A DNA stretch of 64,000 bases from an uncultured Clostridia bacterium (GTDB lineage: Bacteria; Bacillota; Clostridia; Christensenellales; CAG-314): contig CANPXV010000005.1 of assembly GCA_947586855.1 (NCBI GenBank), forward strand, positions 42,951-106,950. Reading direction: 5' to 3'. Under the pieces are notes generated by a model. The model ran no database searches. It had not been told where the DNA came from and saw only the letters and a list, made by a program, of their open reading frames with translations. Positions 17,931 through 26,240 of this stretch are shown here, in pieces; position 1 is the stretch's first letter, and each line of letters starts with the position of its first letter. The translations under genes were made by a program, and so were the position numbers.

Positions 17931-18065
17931 ATGAAAAATACCGTCTGGAAACTTTTTTGTCAAACAGGCAACCCCGTCTACTATTTGCTCTACAAGGAGC
18001 TGACCGAAGATGGACGTAACAACCAAGGGGCTGGTCTTGAAGGCCACCGACTACAAGGAAAATGA
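17931..18065 (+). CDS. YqzL-like small protein (44 aa)
   Basis: ATG at 17931 lies 6 nt after GGGAGG. MKNTVWKLFCQTGNPVYYLLYKEL.. resembles B. subtilis YqzL, which occupies the same era-recO interval. The 3' end overlaps the recO start by 56 nt. Confidence 0.5.
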   Translation: MKNTVWKLFCQTGNPVYYLLYKELTEDGRNNQGAGLEGHRLQGK

Positions 18066-18732
18066 CAAGCTGATTTTGCTGTACTCGTTGGAGTACGGCA
18101 AAATTACTGTACATGCCAAGGGCATCCGCAAGGGCAGCGCCAAACTTAAATTTTGTGCCGATCAATTTTGCTTCGGCAACTATGAGCTGTCCCGATTGGA
18201 AGATAGATTTACCCTCAAAACTTGCGACCAGCTGGAAAGTTTTTATGCGCTGCGAGAGGACGTTGAGACCTACTACGCCGCATGCACCGTCGCCGAAAGC
18301 CTTGCCTCCTACACAGAAGAAGGGCAATCGGAGCCTGAGGTGTTTGTCGAGGCGCTGAAAGCGCTTGGCGCCCTGTCCGACGGCATGGAGCCGCTTACCG
18401 TCACTTTGCACTTTTTGATGAACTTTTTGCAGTTGGAGGGCGTCAGGCTGCAATTGGATCGCTGCGTGGTATGCAACAAAACGGACAAAAAAATGTTTTT
18501 GGATTTGCAGCGGGGCGGCGCCGTCTGCGAGTTTTGCCGCTCGACGGAAAGTATCCCCATGTCCGCACGTACGGTTGCCACGTGCCTGTTGGTGGAAGAA
18601 ATGCCCTACGACAAAATCAAAAACCTCAACATCACGCTGCAAGCGCTAAAAGACGCATTGCAGGTGTGCAACAAGTACATATCGCACAGTTTTTCGCCGT
18701 TGAAGAGCCTCAGCGAGCTTTTGAAGTTGTAA
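18010..18732 (+). CDS. recO: DNA repair protein RecO
   Basis: N-terminal OB-fold pattern (..TKGLVLKATDYKENDKLILLYSLEYGKITVHAKG..) and a Cys4 zinc motif (CVVC...CEFC). Confidence 0.9.
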   Translation: MDVTTKGLVLKATDYKENDKLILLYSLEYGKITVHAKGIRKGSAKLKFCADQFCFGNYELSRLEDRFTLKTCDQLESFYALREDVETYYAACTVAESLASYTEEGQSEPEVFVEALKALGALSDGMEPLTVTLHFLMNFLQLEGVRLQLDRCVVCNKTDKKMFLDLQRGGAVCEFCRSTESIPMSARTVATCLLVEEMPYDKIKNLNITLQALKDALQVCNKYISHSFSPLKSLSELLKL

Positions 18733-18850
18733 TTTATTGCAGGGACAGGCGTTCCTGCTTTTTTTATTTGGTTGCATATCCATTTTTATTTGACGTAACT
18801 GCCTGCGCAGTGATATACTAAAAAGCTATATAACAGATTTTGAGGAACAA

Positions 18851-20623
18851 ATGATCTTCGGAAAGTACATCAACAAATACTATTGGAAATACATCGTGTT
18901 GATTGTATTGGGATTGGCGGCGCTCATCGCAGTGGACTACGCCCAGACGCTCATTCCCGAGATGTACCGTCTTGTAGTGGACGGCGCAGACAAGGGGCAG
19001 GTGCTTTTGGACGGAGTCATGCGCAGCTTTGACATGCAGTTTGTGTGGCAAGAAGTGTGCGTGCCAATGTTTTTTATCATTGTTTTTATCGTTTTTGGCC
19101 GATTTGCCTGGCGTATATGCCTGTTTGGGTCGGGTATCCGTGTGGAAAGGGACCTTCGCCGTGAAATGTTTGCCCGTTGCGAGCAGCTCAGTTGCGAATT
19201 TTATTCGAGAGAAAAAATAGGCAATTTGATGTCGCTGTTTACCAACGACCTCGAAACGGTGCAGGACTGCTTCGGCAGCGGCATAATGATGACTTTCGAC
19301 GCACTGTTTTTGGGAGGATTGAGCCTGTACAAGATGTTCCGCATGGATTGGGCAATGACACTGTTTTCCCTTATCCCTATGGCGTTGATGGTGGCGGTCA
19401 GCCTGATAGTGGGCAAATATATGACCCTCAAATGGGAAACCCGACAACAAGCATTCTCGGATTTGTCAGACTTCTCGCAGGAGAGTTTTTCGGGCATTGC
19501 GGTGATCAAGGCATTTGTAAAGGAATTCAAAGAGTTGCTGGCGTTCAGGTGGCTCAACAAAAAGAACGAGGACGCCAACATCGCATACACCCGCATAAGC
19601 ACCCTGCTAAACGTGTTTGTGACGTTTTTTGTGGAGTCGGTCATCTGTATAGTTTTGGGATACGGCTCCTATCTGGTGTTGCAAGGCAAGTTTACGGGCG
19701 GCCAACTTATGGAGTTTATCGGATATTTCAACGCCGTTATCTGGCCCATCATGGCAATAACCGAGCTTATCGAAATGCACTCACGGGGCAAGGCCTCATT
19801 GAAGCGTGTGTCCGATTTGTTGGAGACCACGGTGGACGTGTGCGATCGCCCGACAGCTGCGGACGTGGAGCATGTGGCAGGCTCGATAGAGTTTCGCAAT
19901 GTCACTTTCCGCTATCCCGACGCCGATTATGACGCTCTTTCCGACGTCAGCTTTTGCGTTGACGCGGGCGAAAGCGTGGGCATAATTGGCAAAACGGGCT
20001 CGGGCAAAACAACCGTTGCAGACCTGATCTTGCGCTGCTACAACGTTGCCGACGGCACTTTGTTTGTGGACGGCAAAGACGTCAACGATATCTCCGTGCA
20101 CAGCCTGCGCAATTTTTGTGCGTATGTGCCGCAGGATAACTTTTTGTTCTCCGACACAATATTCAACAACATAGCCTTCGCCGTGGACGACGCAACGCAG
20201 CAGCAGGTGGAAACCGCCGCAAAAATGTCCGATATAGATGGCAATATCAACGGTTTTTCGCACAAATATCAAACGATGATGGGCGAAAGGGGCGTCACCG
20301 TTTCGGGCGGACAAAAACAGCGCATTTCCATCGCCCGTGCGTTGATGAAGGACGCTTCCATACTGATTTTGGACGACTCTGTCTCGGCGGTGGATACCGA
20401 TACGGAAAAGAACATTATCGCCAACCTGCGCACCGCACGTCAGGGCAAGACAACGCTGCTTATTGCCCACCGCATATCCACCGTGCGCAATCTGGACAAG
20501 ATCGTGCTGTTGGACAATGGCAAAGTGGTGGATGTTGGCAGTCACGACGAGCTTGTGGCAAGATGTCCCGCCTATGCCAACATGGTGGCGTTGCAGGCGC
20601 TGGAAGAAGAGGAGGGCTTGTGA
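18851..20623 (+). CDS. ABC exporter, fused permease/ATPase (heterodimer partner 1)
   Basis: Six-TM domain followed by Walker A GKTGSGKTT, signature VSGGQKQRISIAR and Walker B ILILDD. Confidence 0.9.
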   Translation: MIFGKYINKYYWKYIVLIVLGLAALIAVDYAQTLIPEMYRLVVDGADKGQVLLDGVMRSFDMQFVWQEVCVPMFFIIVFIVFGRFAWRICLFGSGIRVERDLRREMFARCEQLSCEFYSREKIGNLMSLFTNDLETVQDCFGSGIMMTFDALFLGGLSLYKMFRMDWAMTLFSLIPMALMVAVSLIVGKYMTLKWETRQQAFSDLSDFSQESFSGIAVIKAFVKEFKELLAFRWLNKKNEDANIAYTRISTLLNVFVTFFVESVICIVLGYGSYLVLQGKFTGGQLMEFIGYFNAVIWPIMAITELIEMHSRGKASLKRVSDLLETTVDVCDRPTAADVEHVAGSIEFRNVTFRYPDADYDALSDVSFCVDAGESVGIIGKTGSGKTTVADLILRCYNVADGTLFVDGKDVNDISVHSLRNFCAYVPQDNFLFSDTIFNNIAFAVDDATQQQVETAAKMSDIDGNINGFSHKYQTMMGERGVTVSGGQKQRISIARALMKDASILILDDSVSAVDTDTEKNIIANLRTARQGKTTLLIAHRISTVRNLDKIVLLDNGKVVDVGSHDELVARCPAYANMVALQALEEEEGL

Positions 20624-20624
20624 T

Positions 20625-22514
20625 ATGAAACAATACCTTCCGCTTTGGATAGTGGGTGCAATCATAGGCGTATTCAGCACAGCGCTGTTGGTGGCGTATG
20701 CTCTGGTCAAGGACAAAAAGGAATCGATGGGTTTTGAACGCACCATGAAGGACGGCGAGCTGATGAAGCGGCTGCTTAAATACGCCAAGCCCTATTGGTT
20801 CAGTTTTGTGATAGTGGGGTTGGTGATGTTGCTGTCCATTTCGTACAGCATACTTTCGCCGATACTCATTTCTCGCATAGAAAAAATCGTCGAGTCAGGC
20901 AATTTTGCATACAGCGACGTGCTGTGGCGAGTGATTGTGTACGCCGCAATACTTATCGGCTCTCTTGTGGGCACCTATGTGCAGGCGATAGTGCTGCAAA
21001 AGACGGGGCAAAGGATAATCTCGCACCTGAGGGAGGACACCTTTACCCATATCGAAAGCCTGTCCCATGCGCAGCTTTCTCATTTGCCCGTGGGCAAGTT
21101 GGTCACAAGGGTATCCAACGACACCAACGCCATATCAATGATGTTTACGGGTATGTTGGCCAATCTGGTCAAAAACGTATTCGTAATTGTGGGCGTGTTG
21201 GTGGCAATGCTGTGTATCAACTACATGTTGACGCTTATGGTGTTGTGTTTTGTGCCCTTTATCGTGCTGTTTACCATCATTTTCCGCAAGTTCTCCCGTC
21301 GGGCATACCGACAGGTCAAAAACGGCACAACGGACATCAACACCTACCTGTCCGAACACCTTTCGGGCATGAAAGTGATACAAGTTTTCAACCGAGAAGA
21401 GCGCAAAATGCGGGAGTTCGACGTCAAAAACAACACGCTGTACCGTGCCCAACGGGGGCAGATATTTGTGTTTGGCATCTTCCGCCCCGTGGTGTACATG
21501 CTGCATATTTCGTCTGTGCTGTGTCTGTTCTTCCTCGGCTCTAAGGGTGCGCTGGAAAATCGTCCCATTTTGGGTCAGGTGGTGGACGGCGCAACAATTG
21601 TGGCGTTCTATATGTTTGTATCTCGCTTTTTCAGCCCCATCCAGAACCTGGCGGAGCAGTTTCACCGTTTGCAGTCGGCCTTTGCCTCTGCCGAAAAAAT
21701 CTTTACCGTGCTGGACATCAAGCCTGACGTGGTGGACGACGAGGACGCAATCGAGTTGGACGAAATCAGGGGAGAAATCGAGTTCAAAGATGTGTGGTTT
21801 GCCTACAACGAGGGCGAGTGGGTGCTCAAAGGCGTCAGCTTCCACATCAACGCCAAGGATACAGTGGCGTTTGTGGGCGCAACGGGCAGCGGCAAGACGA
21901 CCATTTTGTCGCTACTGTGCCGCAACTACGATATCCAGCAGGGAGAAATTTTGCTGGACGGCATCAACATCCGCCGCATAAAGATAGCTTCGCTGCGCAA
22001 GCATTTCGGGCAAATGTTGCAGGACGTGTTTTTGTTTGCGGGCACCGTGCGCAGCAACATAGTTTTGCGGGACGAATTCTCCGATGAGCAGGTGTTGGAA
22101 GCGTGCAGATATGTCAATGCGGACAAGTTTATCGAAAGGCTTGCCGACGGGCTCAATGAGGAAGTGCGAGAGCGAGGCAACAACTTCTCCGCAGGGCAAC
22201 GTCAGCTTTTGTCCTTTGCCCGGACGATAATTCATCGCCCCGAGGTGATGATTCTGGACGAGGCGACGGCCAACATCGACACGGAGACGGAGCTGCTGAT
22301 ACAGGACAGCCTCAACAAGATGATGAACATCGGCACAATGCTGATAGTTGCGCACCGACTGTCCACCATACAGCACGCCGACAACATAATTGTCTTGTCC
22401 GACGGCAAAATAATAGAGCAGGGCAATCATCACGAGCTTTTGCACCAAAAGGGCCGCTACTACGAGCTGTACACGTTGCAATTCAACAAGGAGCAACTGC
22501 AAAAGGGCGCTTGA
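20625..22514 (+). CDS. ABC exporter, fused permease/ATPase (heterodimer partner 2)
   Basis: Start ATG at 20625, 1 nt after the upstream stop. Walker A GATGSGKTT, signature FSAGQRQLLSFAR, Walker B VMILDEATA. Confidence 0.9.
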   Translation: MKQYLPLWIVGAIIGVFSTALLVAYALVKDKKESMGFERTMKDGELMKRLLKYAKPYWFSFVIVGLVMLLSISYSILSPILISRIEKIVESGNFAYSDVLWRVIVYAAILIGSLVGTYVQAIVLQKTGQRIISHLREDTFTHIESLSHAQLSHLPVGKLVTRVSNDTNAISMMFTGMLANLVKNVFVIVGVLVAMLCINYMLTLMVLCFVPFIVLFTIIFRKFSRRAYRQVKNGTTDINTYLSEHLSGMKVIQVFNREERKMREFDVKNNTLYRAQRGQIFVFGIFRPVVYMLHISSVLCLFFLGSKGALENRPILGQVVDGATIVAFYMFVSRFFSPIQNLAEQFHRLQSAFASAEKIFTVLDIKPDVVDDEDAIELDEIRGEIEFKDVWFAYNEGEWVLKGVSFHINAKDTVAFVGATGSGKTTILSLLCRNYDIQQGEILLDGINIRRIKIASLRKHFGQMLQDVFLFAGTVRSNIVLRDEFSDEQVLEACRYVNADKFIERLADGLNEEVRERGNNFSAGQRQLLSFARTIIHRPEVMILDEATANIDTETELLIQDSLNKMMNIGTMLIVAHRLSTIQHADNIIVLSDGKIIEQGNHHELLHQKGRYYELYTLQFNKEQLQKGA

Positions 22515-22544
22515 ACCCGATAGCCGATTTGCAATATCAATACG

Positions 22545-22578
22545 AAAAAAGACCGTACCGCAAAGTACGATCTTTTTT
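22545..22578. terminator. bidirectional terminator between the convergent ABC and cadA genes
   Basis: AAAAAAGACCGTAC-cgcaaa-GTACGATCTTTTTT. Confidence 0.7.
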
Positions 22579-22595
22579 CGTAAAAGTTGCATTAG

Positions 22596-24485
22596 TTACC
22601 GCAAGGTATTGCGTTTGGTGCGCTTTCCCGCAAGCATTGCACGCATAGCGTTGAGTATTGCCACAACGCACACGCCCACATCGGCAAGTATGGCGACAAC
22701 CATCCCAAGGCCGTAGGCCAATTTGTCCAGCACACCAAACAATGTCAGCACCAGCACGGCAAACTTGATAAGCAACGACATCACAATGTTTTCGTTGACG
22801 ATGTTGAGAGTTTTTTTGGAGATATGTTTGGCTGTGGCAATGGCGGTGGGGTTGTCCTGCATAAGCACCACATCGGCGGTTTCTATCGCTGCGTCGCTGC
22901 CCATGGCACCCATTGCAATGCCCACATCGGCAGCGGCCAGCACGGGGGCGTCGTTTATACCGTCTCCCACAAAGGCCAGCTTGGCGTTGGACTGCTGTTT
23001 GAGCTTGGTCAACTCGTCAACCTTGTCTTGTGGAAGCAGTTGTGCACGGTATTGATCGATACCCAATTGCTCCGCCACAAGGGTGACTGTTTGCTGCTTG
23101 TCGCCCGAAAGCAAAACGGTTTGGCAGCCGTCCCTGTGCAGCATGGCAATGGCGTCCTTGGCGTCGGCCTTTATTTCGTCGGCGATGACGATGTATCCCA
23201 CAAATTTGCCGTTTTTGGCAACGTACACAACGGTGCCGCCGTCAGCTTTGGGACAGTCGATGCCGTGATTGTCCAGCAAACGCTCGTTTCCGCACAAAAT
23301 GGTGTCGTTTTCCGTTTGAGCAATCAACCCCAGCCCCGCCAGCTCCGTCACGTCAGCTTGTACGTCGGCAGAGGTCTCGCTCATGATAGACTGCGCTATT
23401 GGGTGGTTGCTGTATTGTTCGGCAATGGCGGCGGTGTGCAGCACTTCTTCTCGGTTTTGCTGCGGATAGACGGATACCACTGCAAAGTTTCCCTTGGTAA
23501 GGGTGCCTGTTTTGTCAAATGCCACGGTCTTTACCTTGGCAAGCAGTTCGAGATAGTTGCTGCCCTTTACCAAAATTCCGCACTTACTTGCGGCGGCAAT
23601 CCCCCCAAAAAAGCCCAACGGCACAGATATGACCAGCGCACACGGGCAGGATACAAACAAAAACATCATTGCACGTTGCAGCCACATGCTCCAATAGGGC
23701 CAATCGGCGTAGTTGCCCGTGACAAGCGGAGGCAAAATACCCACCAACACCGCAAGGCATACCACAACGGGCGTGTAGTAGCGGCTGAATTTGGTGATAA
23801 AGTTTTCGGCGGGGGCCTTTTGCGATGTGGCGTTTTCTACCATATCCAAAATTTTGGCCACAGTGCTGTCGTCGTAGGTGCCCGTTGCGCAAACGTATAT
23901 CAGGCCGTCCAGATTTATACAGCCCGAAACGACCGTTTCGCCCGTTTTTATGCGGCGGGGCAGGCTTTCGCCCGTGATGGCAGAGGTGTCCAGATTGCAC
24001 TCTCCCTTTTGCACGGTGCCGTCAAGAGGGATGCGCTCTCCCGCCCGTATCACGATGGTTTCGCCCACGGCCACTTCCGAGGGGTGCACGCACACCTCAC
24101 TGCCGTTGCGCAGCACGGTGGCCTCTTCGGGGCGGATATCCATCAGCGCAGCAATGCTTTTGCGGCTTTTGCCCACCGCATATCGCTGAAACAGCTCGCC
24201 CAGCTGATACAGTATCATGACTGCGGCGGCGTCGGCATATTCGCCAATGGCAAAGGCGCCAATTGTGGCGATGGTCATCAAAAAGTTTTCGTCAAACACC
24301 TTGCCATGTGCAATGTTTGTCACGGCCTTCCACAGCACATCGTAGCCCGCCGTCAGATATGCCGCAGCAAAAACGGCAAGCTCTATCCAACTGTTGAGAG
24401 CAATGGTGTATTTTAGCACAAGCGCCACGATTACAACCGCAGTGGCGGTGCATATTCGTATCAATGTTTTGGTATTTCGGGACAT
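22596..24485 (-). CDS. cadA: Cd/Zn-type P1B ATPase core (no N-terminal metal-binding domain in this ORF)
   Basis: Start ATG at 24485 (MSRNTKTLIR...). CPC motif VSCPCALV, DKTGTLT, GDGINDAP. The upstream 177 codons of track ORF 22596..25016 are an out-of-frame read across two other genes. Confidence 0.9.
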   Translation of the reverse strand: MSRNTKTLIRICTATAVVIVALVLKYTIALNSWIELAVFAAAYLTAGYDVLWKAVTNIAHGKVFDENFLMTIATIGAFAIGEYADAAAVMILYQLGELFQRYAVGKSRKSIAALMDIRPEEATVLRNGSEVCVHPSEVAVGETIVIRAGERIPLDGTVQKGECNLDTSAITGESLPRRIKTGETVVSGCINLDGLIYVCATGTYDDSTVAKILDMVENATSQKAPAENFITKFSRYYTPVVVCLAVLVGILPPLVTGNYADWPYWSMWLQRAMMFLFVSCPCALVISVPLGFFGGIAAASKCGILVKGSNYLELLAKVKTVAFDKTGTLTKGNFAVVSVYPQQNREEVLHTAAIAEQYSNHPIAQSIMSETSADVQADVTELAGLGLIAQTENDTILCGNERLLDNHGIDCPKADGGTVVYVAKNGKFVGYIVIADEIKADAKDAIAMLHRDGCQTVLLSGDKQQTVTLVAEQLGIDQYRAQLLPQDKVDELTKLKQQSNAKLAFVGDGINDAPVLAAADVGIAMGAMGSDAAIETADVVLMQDNPTAIATAKHISKKTLNIVNENIVMSLLIKFAVLVLTLFGVLDKLAYGLGMVVAILADVGVCVVAILNAMRAMLAGKRTKRNTLR

Positions 24486-24487
24486 AG

Positions 24488-24706
24488 TTATATCTTCAAG
24501 CGGCAGTCCGGCTCGATTTTGCGCACGGCTGTCTTGACATTGTTGAGGATCGTTTCGGTGTTGTCGTCCGCCAACTCCAATGTCATTTTTTGCATCATAA
24601 AGTTGATGTTGCAGCTTTTTACGCCCTCTATCTGCGCAATGGAGCGCTCCATCTTGGCGGCGCAGTTGGCGCAGTCCAGGTCCTGCATTGCAATAACTTT
24701 TTTCAT
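24488..24706 (-). CDS. stand-alone heavy-metal-associated (HMA) domain protein, DCANC type
   Basis: 72 aa. ..LDCANCAAKMERSIAQIEGVKSCNINFMMQKMTLEL.. is the metal-binding domain normally fused to the N-terminus of clostridial Cd/Zn ATPases. Here it ends at TAA, 2 nt before the ATPase ATG and in a different frame. Confidence 0.8.
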   Translation of the reverse strand: MKKVIAMQDLDCANCAAKMERSIAQIEGVKSCNINFMMQKMTLELADDNTETILNNVKTAVRKIEPDCRLKI

Positions 24707-24709
24707 TTT

Positions 24710-25060
24710 TTACTCCTTTATGTGCTCCAAAGCAAGGTTGATTATGCTGAGCACATGATCGTCGTCCAAACTGTAAAATATTTCTTTGCCGTTGCGCCTG
24801 TTTTTGACAATTTTTGCCTGCCGCAAAATTCTCAGCTGGTGCGAAACGGCCGATTTTGTCATGTTGAGCACCGCCCCGAGGTCGCAAACACACATTTCCG
24901 CTTGTGCCAATGCCGACAAAATGCGTATCCGAGTGGAGTCGCCGAATATCTTGAACAGTTCCGCCACATCGTACAGCTCGTTTTCGTCGGGCATATCCAC
25001 CGTGACTTGCTCGCACACTTCGTCATGTATCACATTGTCCTCGCAAACAAAATCTTTCAT
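24710..25060 (-). CDS. ArsR/SmtB-family metalloregulator (CadC-like)
   Basis: Start ATG at 25060 after GGAGA. HTH ..FKIFGDSTRIRILSAL..CVCDL..LNMTKSAVSHQLRILRQAKIV.. with the CVC metal-site motif. First gene of the arsR-HMA-cadA operon. Confidence 0.85.
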   Translation of the reverse strand: MKDFVCEDNVIHDEVCEQVTVDMPDENELYDVAELFKIFGDSTRIRILSALAQAEMCVCDLGAVLNMTKSAVSHQLRILRQAKIVKNRRNGKEIFYSLDDDHVLSIINLALEHIKE

Positions 25061-25084
25061 AACGTTCTCCTTTTTGTTGCAAAC

Positions 25085-25104
25085 AGTTGAATAATTGTTC
25101 AACT
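25085..25104. promoter_or_regulatory. candidate ArsR/SmtB operator (10-10 inverted repeat)
   Basis: AGTTGAATAA|TTGTTCAACT matches 9 of 10 positions as a palindrome and contains the TGAA..TTCA core. It lies just downstream of a minus-strand TTGACA-17-TAATAT promoter for the arsR operon. Confidence 0.5.
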
Positions 25105-25255
25105 ATCATTATATTATGCCCTGTTGTAAAAAATGTCAAGCGTTTTTCAAATATTTTTTTGAGAATTATCCGGAGACGGCTCAAAAGTAACAGTGGGGCA
25201 AAATTTGCAATAAAATAAAGTAGGGCTTTGCCCCGAAAAGTACAAGGAGAGTATT

Positions 25256-26065
25256 ATGAGTTTTTGTTGGAACACTAACTGCTGCTGTCACAACGAAAGC
25301 GGCACAAACACAGTGATCATCGACCGCGGCTTGCGTGGACCGAGGGGCTTTACTGGTCCGCAAGGTATCATGGGTCCTCCGGGTATCGGTATCACCGGCC
25401 CGACAGGAGCCACAGGCCCGCAAGGCTTGCAAGGTATCCAAGGACCGATTGGTCCCACGGGTGCAACGGGAGCCACAGGAGCGACGGGTCCCCAGGGCAT
25501 ACAAGGTCCGATAGGTCCCACAGGAGCGACGGGTCCGCAAGGAATACAAGGTGTTCAAGGCCCGATTGGTCCTACGGGAGCAACAGGCCCTGTCGGTGCA
25601 ACAGGTGCAGATGGTCCTGCCGGCCCTGCCACGGACGGTCTGGCTGCATATGGCGGTCTGTATTCGACTGACGGCGGCACAGTAGCTCTGACTACTGTCA
25701 GCACGCCATTGACGCTTGGCTCGCAGATGCCCTTGCTCAACGTCACCTACGACGGCAACGGCATAACTGTTGCACAGGGAGGCAACTACGAAGTATCCTA
25801 TGGGCTAAGCGGCTCGGTGACGCCTGCCGCCACGGTAACTTTGGCGGTGTATGTGGGCGACACCAATCAACCTTCGGGCACTGTTTCCCTGCCCTTGGAG
25901 GCGGGCACAAGCGGCAATTTGTCAGGCAGTATCATACTGACCCTTGCCGCAGGCGACACCGTAACATTGCAGGTGACGGGCAGCGAAGGCACAACCCTCA
26001 CGCCTACCGCAAATGTCAACGCATATCTCACCGTAAAAAAGCTGGATAGCGGCACGGTGGCATAG
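25256..26065 (+). CDS. collagen-like triple-helix repeat protein with BclA-like C-terminal domain (putative exosporium/spore-surface fibre)
   Basis: 269 aa. The Cys-rich N-terminus is [12 protein letters not shown]. It is followed by 32 Gly-X-Y triplets (hand count, one 2-residue break). The Thr/Gly/Val-rich beta-type C-terminal domain (..[25 protein letters not shown]..) resembles the BclA/C1q-like head. SD AAGGAGAG. Confidence 0.8.
   Translation: MSFCWNTNCCCHNESGTNTVIIDRGLRGPRGFTGPQGIMGPPGIGITGPTGATGPQGLQGIQGPIGPTGATGATGATGPQGIQGPIGPTGATGPQGIQGVQGPIGPTGATGPVGATGADGPAGPATDGLAAYGGLYSTDGGTVALTTVSTPLTLGSQMPLLNVTYDGNGITVAQGGNYEVSYGLSGSVTPAATVTLAVYVGDTNQPSGTVSLPLEAGTSGNLSGSIILTLAAGDTVTLQVTGSEGTTLTPTANVNAYLTVKKLDSGTVA
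25328..25630 (+). repeat. GXY-coding triplet-repeat region
   Basis: Imperfect repeats of GGn-NNN-NNN units (GPTGATG, GPQGIQG motifs recur). Because of the repeat, all other frames are also open here. Confidence 0.9.
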
Positions 26066-26240
26066 CTGTCGGACTTACAGAGGCTGTCGCAGGCAGTATC
26101 GCTTGCGATGGCCTTTTTTGTCTCAAAGGTGGCCGATTGTTAAAACGCATGCGCTTTGTTGCCAATTGATGGAATATCGCTTGTTTTTCGTCGGCATATA
26201 TGTTATACTTATTTTAATTTGTTGCATCGGAGGACTTATT

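Noticed and set aside
22596-25016. An 806-aa ORF in the track that would make a much larger ATPase.
   Set aside because: The first 177 codons are an out-of-frame read across the HMA-domain gene and the arsR gene and have an Arg/Gln/Gly-rich nonsense composition. The ATPase homology begins at MSRNTKTL (ATG at 24485).
25181-25746. Several 60-125-aa ORFs on both strands inside the collagen-repeat region.
   Set aside because: The GGN-NNN-NNN periodicity keeps all frames open. Their products are Pro/Gly/Ala/Arg repeats mirroring the sense GXY repeat, and they have no independent signals.
26103-26240. The N-terminal extension of the AAA+ ORF (MEYRLFFVGIYVILILICCIGGLI), which would add a TM anchor.
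   Set aside because: A TTGTTT-17-TATACT promoter and a GGAGG site lie inside this extension. They point to TTG 26241 as the start, so the hydrophobic stretch is probably untranslated AT-rich promoter sequence.
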